DNA of 64,000 nt from Erysipelotrichaceae bacterium (GTDB lineage Bacteria; Bacillota_I; Bacilli_A; Erysipelotrichales; Erysipelotrichaceae), in contig JAFUCG010000127.1 in assembly GCA_017459795.1 (NCBI GenBank), positions 13,514 to 77,513 of the forward strand, written 5' to 3'. Position numbers and translations under genes: made by a program. Below are positions 56,510-64,000 of the stretch, in pieces; positions within the stretch are counted from its first letter, which is position 1, and each line of letters opens with the position of its first letter. The notes beneath the pieces were generated by a model. The model was not told the origin of the DNA. It was given only the letters and a program-made list of their open reading frames with translations, and did not search any database.

Positions 56510-57748
56510 CTAGACAATGAAGTCTCCATCTTCCATGATGACGATTTCCTGACCGTCATAGGTTGTACCTACGACTTTCATATCAAGTGTACCGATCATG
56601 AAGTCATTATGTGTTGCGGCAACGTTAACACCTCTTGCCATTAATTCTTCCTGGCTCATTGAAGTACCGCCCTTGATGTTTGAAGGGAAGCTTGTGCCGA
56701 ATGCCAGATGACTGGCGGCATTTTCATCAATTAAGCCGTTATAGTAAACTCTGTTTAACTTTGTAATTGCACTTTGTTTTGATACTAAGGCAACTTCACC
56801 AAGGCGGCGGGTATTTTCATCTCTGAATAACTGAGCTCTTAATACGCCTTCCCCTTCTGATGCGCCGCAATCTACTGCCAGACCGTTTTCAAATCTGATC
56901 CAGAAATCCTTTACCATCTTGCCTGAAATCAATAATGGTCTTGATGCATAGGCAACACCATTTACCGTAAAGCGGTTAGGGTCAGTAAAGATCTCTTCAG
57001 TTGGCATGTTGGCAACGTATGGATACTTTGTCAGGCCTTCACCCATTGTGCCGGCAGAAGTCCAGATATGGCCTTCTACAAGATCCATGCAGATGTCAGT
57101 GCCCAAGCCTGTTGTAATGTGTAATGATTTGAAGTTTAATTCATTTAACTTGGCACCAAAAGTTGAAAGACGTTCGCAATGTTTCTGCCATGCTGCGACA
57201 GGATCATCCTGATCAATGCGCATCATGATGGCAATGTCTTCTTCCAATCTTTCCAGGGCTGCTTCTTCATCCAGTTCAGGATAAACCTTAACTGCCCATT
57301 CCTTATTTGGATATACCGTACCGGTCCACTGTAAGGTACCGGCATGGATGTACTTTCTGACAACGTTACGGACATCATTGCCGGCAGATGCCAGGGCAAT
57401 GGCATTTTCCTCAGGAACATCTGACATTAAGGTTGGATGAGTTCCCATTAATCCCATCTGAGTTCCCATGCCATCACGTAAGTAGTAGTCTATCTGTTCC
57501 TTCTTATAGTCAGGAACATTTCTTAATGTTTCCTTACTGGCATATTTAGCTCTGATATGATCGATTTCAGAGTCATTGAGTATTACAACAACATCCTTTG
57601 CGCCAGCTTCAAAGGCTTCCTTTGTAACTGCTCTGGCAAGTTCAATGGCATCAGGGTCTGACTGTAATACCAATGTCTGACCCTCATGAAGATTTACGCC
57701 AACTCTTACCAGAACCTTGGCGGTTTTATCTATGTATTCCTTTTTCAT
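56510..57748 (-). CDS. M29-family aminopeptidase (AmpS/PepS-like)
   Basis: 412 aa with an N-terminal pattern like KYAELLVKVGVNLQ (here TAKVLVRVGVNLHEGQ) and the conserved GVNVAATHNDFMIG. Confidence 0.85.
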   Translation of the reverse strand: MKKEYIDKTAKVLVRVGVNLHEGQTLVLQSDPDAIELARAVTKEAFEAGAKDVVVILNDSEIDHIRAKYASKETLRNVPDYKKEQIDYYLRDGMGTQMGLMGTHPTLMSDVPEENAIALASAGNDVRNVVRKYIHAGTLQWTGTVYPNKEWAVKVYPELDEEAALERLEEDIAIMMRIDQDDPVAAWQKHCERLSTFGAKLNELNFKSLHITTGLGTDICMDLVEGHIWTSAGTMGEGLTKYPYVANMPTEEIFTDPNRFTVNGVAYASRPLLISGKMVKDFWIRFENGLAVDCGASEGEGVLRAQLFRDENTRRLGEVALVSKQSAITKLNRVYYNGLIDENAASHLAFGTSFPSNIKGGTSMSQEELMARGVNVAATHNDFMIGTLDMKVVGTTYDGQEIVIMEDGDFIV

Positions 57749-58323
57749 TGTTCTTTTCTCCTGTTGATTTCAGCCATTACGACTTCCTTGATCTTGGCAG
57801 CAGCTGCCTCAGGGTCATCATTTGTAACGACGTTGTTGAATAACGGCTCAAGTTCCAGATCCATTTTTGCCTTATTAATACGGTTTTCAGCTGAAGCCGT
57901 GCCATCGCCATATACCTTATTGATCTGTTCAATCAATTCATCTGTTGATACAGGCTTTACGAAGAAGGCAATTGATTCAGGCATGTTTAACTTCAATGGT
58001 CCAACACCCTGGGCTTCAACTTCAATCAATACATTCTTTTCGTGTTCAACCAGAAATTCTATCTGGTTCTTTGGAGTTCCATAATAGTAGCCGTTGAACT
58101 CAGTATATTCCAGTAATTCACGGTTCTTAATGGCTTCCGCAAAGCTCTTAAAGCTGACAAAGTAATAATCCCTGCCATCAACTTCCCCGGCCTTCGGAGG
58201 GCGGGTCGTCATGGAAATTGAGAACATCAGATTCAGATCCTTATCTTCAAGCAGAAGATCTCTGATCTTACCCTTACCTACTGATGAAGCACCAGTTAAA
58301 ATAATTACTACACCTTTACTCAT
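57745..58323 (-). CDS. gmk: Guanylate kinase (variant P-loop)
   Basis: LTGASSVGKG, SMTTRPPKAGEVDGRDYYFV and YYYGTP. Confidence 0.8.
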   Translation of the reverse strand: MSKGVVIILTGASSVGKGKIRDLLLEDKDLNLMFSISMTTRPPKAGEVDGRDYYFVSFKSFAEAIKNRELLEYTEFNGYYYGTPKNQIEFLVEHEKNVLIEVEAQGVGPLKLNMPESIAFFVKPVSTDELIEQINKVYGDGTASAENRINKAKMDLELEPLFNNVVTNDDPEAAAAKIKEVVMAEINRRKEQ

Positions 58324-58335
58324 TGTTACACACCC

Positions 58336-59775
58336 CTATCTACACAGTTCGACCATGCGAACCAATAATTTATTTGCTCTGTCAAATGATTCCAGATCCA
58401 GCTTTTCTTCCGGTGTATGAATTCCTGAAGAATTAGCTCCTACTGACAGAATGTCCATGTCTTCATACATGGCGCAGAATACGCCGCATTCACAGCCGCC
58501 ATGACCGGCAACCGTCTTTATTTCTCTGCCATACTGTTCCTTAACAGCCTGGTTCATGATGTCTCTCATGGCTGATTTTTCCTTATAGCTCCAGCCCGGA
58601 TAGTATCCTTCAGTATCAACATTTACCTTCAGATAGCCGCCTAAGACCTTAATGGTTTCTACTAAGTGAGAAACACCGCTTTCAAGTGCACTTCTGATGG
58701 AAATCGTCATCTTGACATTCTTATCTTCCATTTCCAGTATGCCGAAGTTCAATGATGTCAGAGTCAGATTTTCAATGGCCATTGACTTATGTCTGAAGCC
58801 ATTAGGTACCAAATAAATGAAATCAACGATCTGAGAAGTACTGCCCTTGGTCATTCTTTCAGCTGAGTTTTCAGCATCTTCAATGACAAATTCAAATCCC
58901 GGATCAGAGAATTCCAGTTCTGCCTTGATGTCCTTAACAGCCTTAGCTGAAGCCTTCTGAATGTCTTCGGCACTCATGTCTGTTGCGATAATGGCAGCGG
59001 CTTCTCTGGCAATCGCATTCATCTTTGCCCCACCGCTAATGCAGACAAGGTTATAGTCAGCGCCATTAAATGTCATTTCCTTTAAGATACGTCCTAATAA
59101 CTTAATGCTGTTGCCTTTTTCCAAATGGATCATGCCGCCTGAATGGCCACCGGTTAAACCGGTAACAGTTAACTTGAAAGTCTTCTTATCATTAGCCTCA
59201 TATTCCGGTTCTGCCTTTACAATTACACTGCAGCCGCCTGCTGCGGAAATGGCTGTAACATATTCGCCACCGCCATCAAGTGAGATGACACGATGAGCAG
59301 AAATGTCTTCCTTCTTAAGATTCAAAGCTCCAATTAAGCCGACTTCTTCCTGAACCGTGAAGATGCATTCCAGTGGCGGATGCTTTAAGCTGTCATCTTC
59401 CAGTACTGCCAGCATGTAGGCAACCCCGACACCATCATCAGCACCTAATGTCGTGCCAGTGGCATGAAGCCAGCCTTCTTCATCAACATATGTTTTCAAA
59501 GGATCATTCAGGAAGTCATGATCGACATCGCTGTTTTTCTCAGCGACCATGTCGATGTGAGCCTGAATGCCCAAGACAGGACTGTTTTCATAACCAGGAC
59601 TGGCCGGTTTATAGACTATGACATTGTACATGTCGTCCTGCTTATATCTGAAGCCATGCTCCTTAGCCCATTCTACTATCCAGTTACTCAGCTTTTCTTC
59701 ATGAAATGAAGGATGAGGAATCCTGGTTATCTGATCAAAGTAGTAACAGTATCTTTTATTTAAATCAAAGTTCAT
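58336..59775 (-). CDS. pepD: Aminoacyl-histidine (Xaa-His) dipeptidase, M20C
   Basis: 479 aa with PHPSFHEEK, QAHIDMV, LGADDG and QEEVGL. Confidence 0.88.
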   Translation of the reverse strand: MNFDLNKRYCYYFDQITRIPHPSFHEEKLSNWIVEWAKEHGFRYKQDDMYNVIVYKPASPGYENSPVLGIQAHIDMVAEKNSDVDHDFLNDPLKTYVDEEGWLHATGTTLGADDGVGVAYMLAVLEDDSLKHPPLECIFTVQEEVGLIGALNLKKEDISAHRVISLDGGGEYVTAISAAGGCSVIVKAEPEYEANDKKTFKLTVTGLTGGHSGGMIHLEKGNSIKLLGRILKEMTFNGADYNLVCISGGAKMNAIAREAAAIIATDMSAEDIQKASAKAVKDIKAELEFSDPGFEFVIEDAENSAERMTKGSTSQIVDFIYLVPNGFRHKSMAIENLTLTSLNFGILEMEDKNVKMTISIRSALESGVSHLVETIKVLGGYLKVNVDTEGYYPGWSYKEKSAMRDIMNQAVKEQYGREIKTVAGHGGCECGVFCAMYEDMDILSVGANSSGIHTPEEKLDLESFDRANKLLVRMVELCR

Positions 59776-59778
59776 AAT

Positions 59779-61734
59779 CTACTCCTTTGTGTATTTCTGA
59801 ATCCACTCGGTAATTTCCTTTAAACGGCGGGATCTGTGCTTTGGCTTGCCGCCTCTGGACAGTTCATGGTTTTCACCCTTGAACAAACACATTCTGGCTT
59901 CTACGCCAAGTGCTCTGATTGCCGTAAACAGCTGTAATCCCTCTGGATATGGACAACGGTAGTCTTCAAATGAGTGAATGAATAACGTTGGTGTCTTTAC
60001 ATTGTTTGCGTAGGCTAATGGTGAAACTCGCCAGATCTCCTTTGTACAGTTATGAATGTCTTCAAAGCCCATCTCAAATGGAACATCCAGGCCATAGTCA
60101 CTTGCCAGCATCATGCTCATCCAGTTGGAAATTGATCTCTGAGTAGCTGCACAGCAGAATCTGTCAGTATGGCCAATGATCCAGTTGGTCATGAAGCCGC
60201 CATAGCTGCCGCCGGTTACCGCAACTCTCTTTTCATCAATTGGATATTGTCTGATTACTTCATCAGTGAAATCCATGATGTCTTCGTAGTCAATTGTTCC
60301 ATACTTATCCTGACGGATGTCAGCGAACCAGTTGCCATAACCATCTGAACCACGTGGGTTACAGTAGAATACGATGAATCCCAGATTTGCCCAGTATTGC
60401 ATCTCATGATAATAGATCTCACCATAGGCTGTACGTGGCCCGCCATGAATATCCAGGATACCCGGATATTTCTTATTTGGATCATAGTCAAATGGCTTTA
60501 ATACCCAGCCTTCAACCTCGAAGCCATCCTTCTTGACGACTACCTTTTCAGGTTTGGCCACATAGTATTCTTCCATTAACGGTTCATTGATCTTAGATAA
60601 CTGTTCCAGTGAACCGTCTTCCTTGACTCTGTATATTTCCTGTAGTTTCTGATCAGCCATCGCAATGACAATTATGTCCTTTTCACCGATGCAGTAGTCA
60701 CATACTACACCGTTGAAATTGGTGATCTTTTCAAAGTCGTTACCGACGATTTTCTCAAGCGGAGCGTTTGATTTAAGAGTTGGGACCAGATAAATCATTC
60801 CCTTTTCATTGCTTAAGCCCTTGCCTCTTCCCCACTTGGAATCCGTACCTACGGAATTCCAGAGTGAAGTATCCTTATCGATGAACAGTTTCATTTCACC
60901 GTTTTCAAAGAAGAACAGCTTACCGCTTTCATTAACACCATATTCTTCACCATAGGTCCCCATGATTAAAATCTTGCCATCATAGTGCTTGACACCATGA
61001 ATCAGCATGTCATCCTTTGGATACAGACAGCTGAATTCTTCCTTTTCTACGTCATACTGATATACCTGTGACCATTTTGCCTTTACGGCATCATAGTCAA
61101 TGCCGGTAATGAGAATGATGTTATCCTTATAGTCAAATGATTCAACATCAAGTGTTGCTGGTCCGATTCGCTTGATTTCACAACTCTTCTTATCGACCAG
61201 ATACAGTGATGTTCTGTTCTTATTGATGAAGCCGGCACCGTTAAAGAAGAACGGATATTCATCAACGACCTGATAATCCTGGTTCTCTTCCTTTACCTTT
61301 TCATATTTCATCTGATCTTCATTTGATAATAGATAATAGTCAGGACAGTTAAGATCAGTATTGGCACTTACCAGATACTTGTCCCCGATGTCCTTGATCG
61401 TATTTACGGCTAGTGGCAGCTTGAAGGCCAAACTGGCTTCCCCGCCATCCTTCAGATTAAGGCGGTAGAATTCGCTGTGAACAGTCTTATCCTCTTCATC
61501 ACGGTTAGCCATGAAAAGAATGTTGTCATCATCTTCTAAGATGAAGTATCTTTCTGACTTGCCACTGGTCAGCTGTCTGATCTGTCCGTTCTTAAGCTGG
61601 AAAATGTGGCTTTCATAATTGTTCTTTTCGACATTCTGCTTGGTTTTGACAAAAAGAATCTTGCCATCTGAACTGTATGCCAGATTGTTCAGAAAATTAA
61701 ACTCATGAAATAAATCCTGTGTAATCTTTTTCAT
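59779..61734 (-). CDS. S9-family serine peptidase (prolyl oligopeptidase / acylaminoacyl-peptidase type)
   Basis: Beta-propeller N-half and an alpha/beta hydrolase C-half with the nucleophile elbow GGSYGG. The start is at the second ATG (MKKITQ). Confidence 0.88.
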   Translation of the reverse strand: MKKITQDLFHEFNFLNNLAYSSDGKILFVKTKQNVEKNNYESHIFQLKNGQIRQLTSGKSERYFILEDDDNILFMANRDEEDKTVHSEFYRLNLKDGGEASLAFKLPLAVNTIKDIGDKYLVSANTDLNCPDYYLLSNEDQMKYEKVKEENQDYQVVDEYPFFFNGAGFINKNRTSLYLVDKKSCEIKRIGPATLDVESFDYKDNIILITGIDYDAVKAKWSQVYQYDVEKEEFSCLYPKDDMLIHGVKHYDGKILIMGTYGEEYGVNESGKLFFFENGEMKLFIDKDTSLWNSVGTDSKWGRGKGLSNEKGMIYLVPTLKSNAPLEKIVGNDFEKITNFNGVVCDYCIGEKDIIVIAMADQKLQEIYRVKEDGSLEQLSKINEPLMEEYYVAKPEKVVVKKDGFEVEGWVLKPFDYDPNKKYPGILDIHGGPRTAYGEIYYHEMQYWANLGFIVFYCNPRGSDGYGNWFADIRQDKYGTIDYEDIMDFTDEVIRQYPIDEKRVAVTGGSYGGFMTNWIIGHTDRFCCAATQRSISNWMSMMLASDYGLDVPFEMGFEDIHNCTKEIWRVSPLAYANNVKTPTLFIHSFEDYRCPYPEGLQLFTAIRALGVEARMCLFKGENHELSRGGKPKHRSRRLKEITEWIQKYTKE

Positions 61735-62001
61735 AATTCTTCCTTTCATCCTGTATTTGCGTTTTGTTTGATTCGTTATTATAAAAAGAGGCAGTTAATT
61801 CTTCATAATTCATCCGTAGCATCTTAAAAGACGTTATCGTTACATTCAGACATGCTGTGGGATCGTGAAGAGTTTTTCCATAACCACCTCTTATTGTTTT
61901 CCATTTATTATTTGTCAATTCTTTCTATAAACTAATTATACTTTTAACTATTCAGCTTCTTTCAATGGATGCCTGATTTTTGAACAGAAGCCTTTTCTTT
62001 T

Positions 62002-62034
62002 AAAAAACTTGGGGTCTTGGTAAAGACCCCAAGT
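62002..62034 (-). terminator. Rho-independent terminator after the peptide-binding protein gene
   Basis: The minus strand reads CTTGGGGTCT-ttacca-AGACCCCAAG followed by TTTTTT. Confidence 0.9.
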
Positions 62035-62054
62035 CTCATTGTCTTATAAACTGA

Positions 62055-63707
62055 TTATTCTGCGCAGCTAACGTACCAGAAGAATTCGTTTGCCTGAGGA
62101 GATGTTGTATATCCTGTTGTTGTAGGTTTTACTAAGTTAGCAGTACCATATCCTAATAATGGGATATTGAAGCACTGTTCTTCAATAGCATACTTTTCAG
62201 CATCGTGTAACTTCTGGAGTCTTTCTTCGCCAGTCATCTTTGAAGCTTCATCCAGCATAGCATCATAAACTTCATCGCCCTGTGTATGTGTTGTAGCTGT
62301 TCTGTAGAGCATTAACTCTAAGAATGTTGTTGGGTCCATGTAGTCAGCTGAGAATGCGTTTCTAGCTAATTCGAAGTCACCATTAGATCTGTTAGAGAAG
62401 AATGTACGTAATTCAGCTGTTTCCTGAACGATCTTAACGCCGATCTTCTTGTATTCAGATGCGATAACATCAGCGATTGTTGAATGCATTGTTGATGCAT
62501 TGTAGCTGTAAGTAAGTGTTAATACGTAGCCTTCAGCATCTGGTGTGCTATAACCAGCATCAGCAAGTAACTTCTTAGCTTCTTCATAATCTGTGTAGAC
62601 TAATGTGCCAGCTTCATCATTCCAGTCACCGTTGATACCTGGCATACCATCTGGTAAGAATGAAGATAATGGGTAGTAAACGCCTTCAGCATCAAGAGCT
62701 GTAGCTAACAGTTCACGGTCGATACCTAACTGTAATGCTCTACGAACGTCTCTGTTTGCTAATGCTTCATTTCCACCGTATGCATTAACGTTCATGTAGT
62801 AGTTAATAGCACCAGTAACGATGATTGAATCAGCGATTTCTGGGTCATGTGTTACAACAGTAGCATCTACTGCGCTAGCGAAGTCGATCTGGCCGCTCTT
62901 GAACTGAATTAACTGAGCATCCATGTCTTCAACGATCTTAGCTTCTAAGTTTTCTGTAACAACCTTGTCAGCATATACGAAGTAAGGATTCTTCTTCAGT
63001 GAGATGTGATCAGCCTTGTCGATGTCTGTGAAGTAGTAAGCGCCACTTGTTGGAACAGCTGGGTTGTTTGCCCATGTTGTATCGCCGTCAACTGCGAAGT
63101 CTGCTCTTACTGGGTAGTAAATGCCGATTGATAATAAGCTTGTGAAATATGGACATGGTTTTATCAGATGGAAAATCAGAGTATGATCATCTGGTGCTTC
63201 AACACCTAAATCTGTCATGTCAGCAGCCTTTGTGCCGTTATGAGCATACTGTTCTGCACCTACAACATAGTCATAAATGTATGACTGATATCCACAGTCA
63301 GCTGTCTCTAAGCTTAAAGAGTGCTTAACACCATAAACATAGTCACCTGCTACAACTGGCTGACCATCACTCCACTTTGTATCTAAAAGTGTGAATGTGT
63401 ATGTCAGACCATCGTCAGAGATCTGCAAATCCTTTGCAGCATCAGCTACCATTGAGCCATCTGGTCCGATATGGTACAAACCGAAGAATGCCTGGTTAGT
63501 AACATAAGCAGTAACAGAGTCACCAGCGTTACTTGGGTCCATTGAGCTTGGTTCACCGCCAATAGCGTAAGTGAATGTGTCCTTAATGCCACCGCCCTGT
63601 GATGGATCTGGAGTTTCACCTCCGCCACCGCCATTTTTACAAGCGGCAAGTGATAAAACCATCATGATAGCTAATAATAAAGTAACAACTTTTCTTATTT
63701 TTTTCAT
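62055..63707 (-). CDS. Peptide ABC transporter substrate-binding lipoprotein (family 5, OppA/DppA-like)
   Basis: Lipobox LSLAAC plus a Gly-rich linker. 550 aa, SBP_bac_5-like. Confidence 0.88.
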   Translation of the reverse strand: MKKIRKVVTLLLAIMMVLSLAACKNGGGGGETPDPSQGGGIKDTFTYAIGGEPSSMDPSNAGDSVTAYVTNQAFFGLYHIGPDGSMVADAAKDLQISDDGLTYTFTLLDTKWSDGQPVVAGDYVYGVKHSLSLETADCGYQSYIYDYVVGAEQYAHNGTKAADMTDLGVEAPDDHTLIFHLIKPCPYFTSLLSIGIYYPVRADFAVDGDTTWANNPAVPTSGAYYFTDIDKADHISLKKNPYFVYADKVVTENLEAKIVEDMDAQLIQFKSGQIDFASAVDATVVTHDPEIADSIIVTGAINYYMNVNAYGGNEALANRDVRRALQLGIDRELLATALDAEGVYYPLSSFLPDGMPGINGDWNDEAGTLVYTDYEEAKKLLADAGYSTPDAEGYVLTLTYSYNASTMHSTIADVIASEYKKIGVKIVQETAELRTFFSNRSNGDFELARNAFSADYMDPTTFLELMLYRTATTHTQGDEVYDAMLDEASKMTGEERLQKLHDAEKYAIEEQCFNIPLLGYGTANLVKPTTTGYTTSPQANEFFWYVSCAE

Positions 63708-63728
63708 AATTTCTTTCTCCTTTCGTTA

Positions 63729-64000
63729 TTACTTTTCATATAAGAAACACCATACCAGTCTGTCACCTACTTTACACGGATCTGGCATGTTGTTTTTACA
63801 GCGCTCCGTTGCTCTCTGGCAACGTGTAGAGAACGGACAACCCTTAGGTGGGTTGATTGGTGAAGGAATTTCTCCTTCAACTACGATTCTTTGTTTGCTC
63901 TTTGCTACATCAGGGTCAGGAATCGGTATTGCCGATAACAGAGCCTGTGTATATGGGTGTAACGGACGATGATATACATCGTTTGATGGACCCATTTCCA
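63729..64000 (-). CDS. Oligopeptide/dipeptide ABC transporter ATP-binding protein, C-terminal part only (OppF/DppF-like); continues past the right edge
   Basis: HPYTQALLSAIPIPDP...GEIPSPINPPKGCPFSTRC is the characteristic Opp D/F C-terminal domain. Confidence 0.88.
   Translation of the reverse strand, partial: EMGPSNDVYHRPLHPYTQALLSAIPIPDPDVAKSKQRIVVEGEIPSPINPPKGCPFSTRCQRATERCKNNMPDPCKVGDRLVWCFLYEK

Noticed and set aside
61750-62001. I considered whether the long leader upstream of the S9 peptidase gene is a T-box or another riboswitch.
   Set aside because: There is no T-box sequence (AAnnGGGTGGTACCGCG-like), no specifier/terminator-antiterminator arrangement, and no other class motif that I could recognise.
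1-64000. I looked for rRNA and tRNA genes, CRISPR arrays, IS elements or transposases, integrases and prophage genes.
   Set aside because: No repeat-spacer periodicity was seen. No intergenic region has a tRNA-like cloverleaf or a conserved rRNA sequence. No ORF has DDE transposase or tyrosine/serine recombinase motifs. Intergenic regions are mostly under 300 nt and are explained by promoters and terminators.

Overview
This is a 64-kb chromosomal segment from a low-GC Gram-positive bacterium (Bacillota). The gene content fits an anaerobic, gut-type Erysipelotrichia/Clostridia-like genome: rubrerythrin, ECF S-components, THF riboswitch-folT, hprK-lgt, yvcK-whiA, comFA-comFC and a frameshifted prfB. 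The exact taxon cannot be fixed from the sequence alone. I count about 65 protein genes, mostly on the minus strand. I saw no rRNA, tRNA, CRISPR array, transposase or integrase. The housekeeping backbone is gap, rbr, whiA, yvcK, trxB, lgt, hprK, uvrA, prfB, secA, csp, comFA/FC, cdd, glnA and gmk. Several accessory blocks interrupt it. (1) A plus-strand seven-gene envelope-stress-type cluster at 14.5-21.4 kb: XpaC-like, unknown, tandem AAA+ ATPase, XpaC, TelA, LemA-like, TPM. (2) An AT-richer block at 21.8-27.7 kb with a MacB-type ABC exporter (one ATPase, two FtsX permeases), small membrane/Big_2 proteins and a membrane-embedded XRE regulator, next to a truncated ABC ATPase gene. (3) A nucleoside-centred locus at 41.4-48.2 kb: two IUNH-type nucleoside hydrolases, an ECF S-component, a Crp/Fnr regulator, a tandem cystatin/stefin-like lipoprotein, and a compositionally atypical 811-aa protein. 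That protein combines an adenosine/AMP-deaminase fold with a C-terminal SLOG-like Rossmann domain and is my top candidate for something new: a sensor-coupled nucleotide deaminase, or alternatively an unusual purine catabolic enzyme. (4) A peptide-utilisation island at 55-64 kb: Opp components plus S9, M20C, M29 and M24 peptidases. Smaller observations are an Lgt-HAD(PpaX-like) gene fusion, a frameshifted SDR gene, a comFA with an in-frame TGA ahead of its zinc ribbon, a THF riboswitch, the RF2 +1 frameshift site, and tandem MBL-fold paralogs with non-canonical metal motifs. All functional calls come from reading motifs by eye. No database search was possible.
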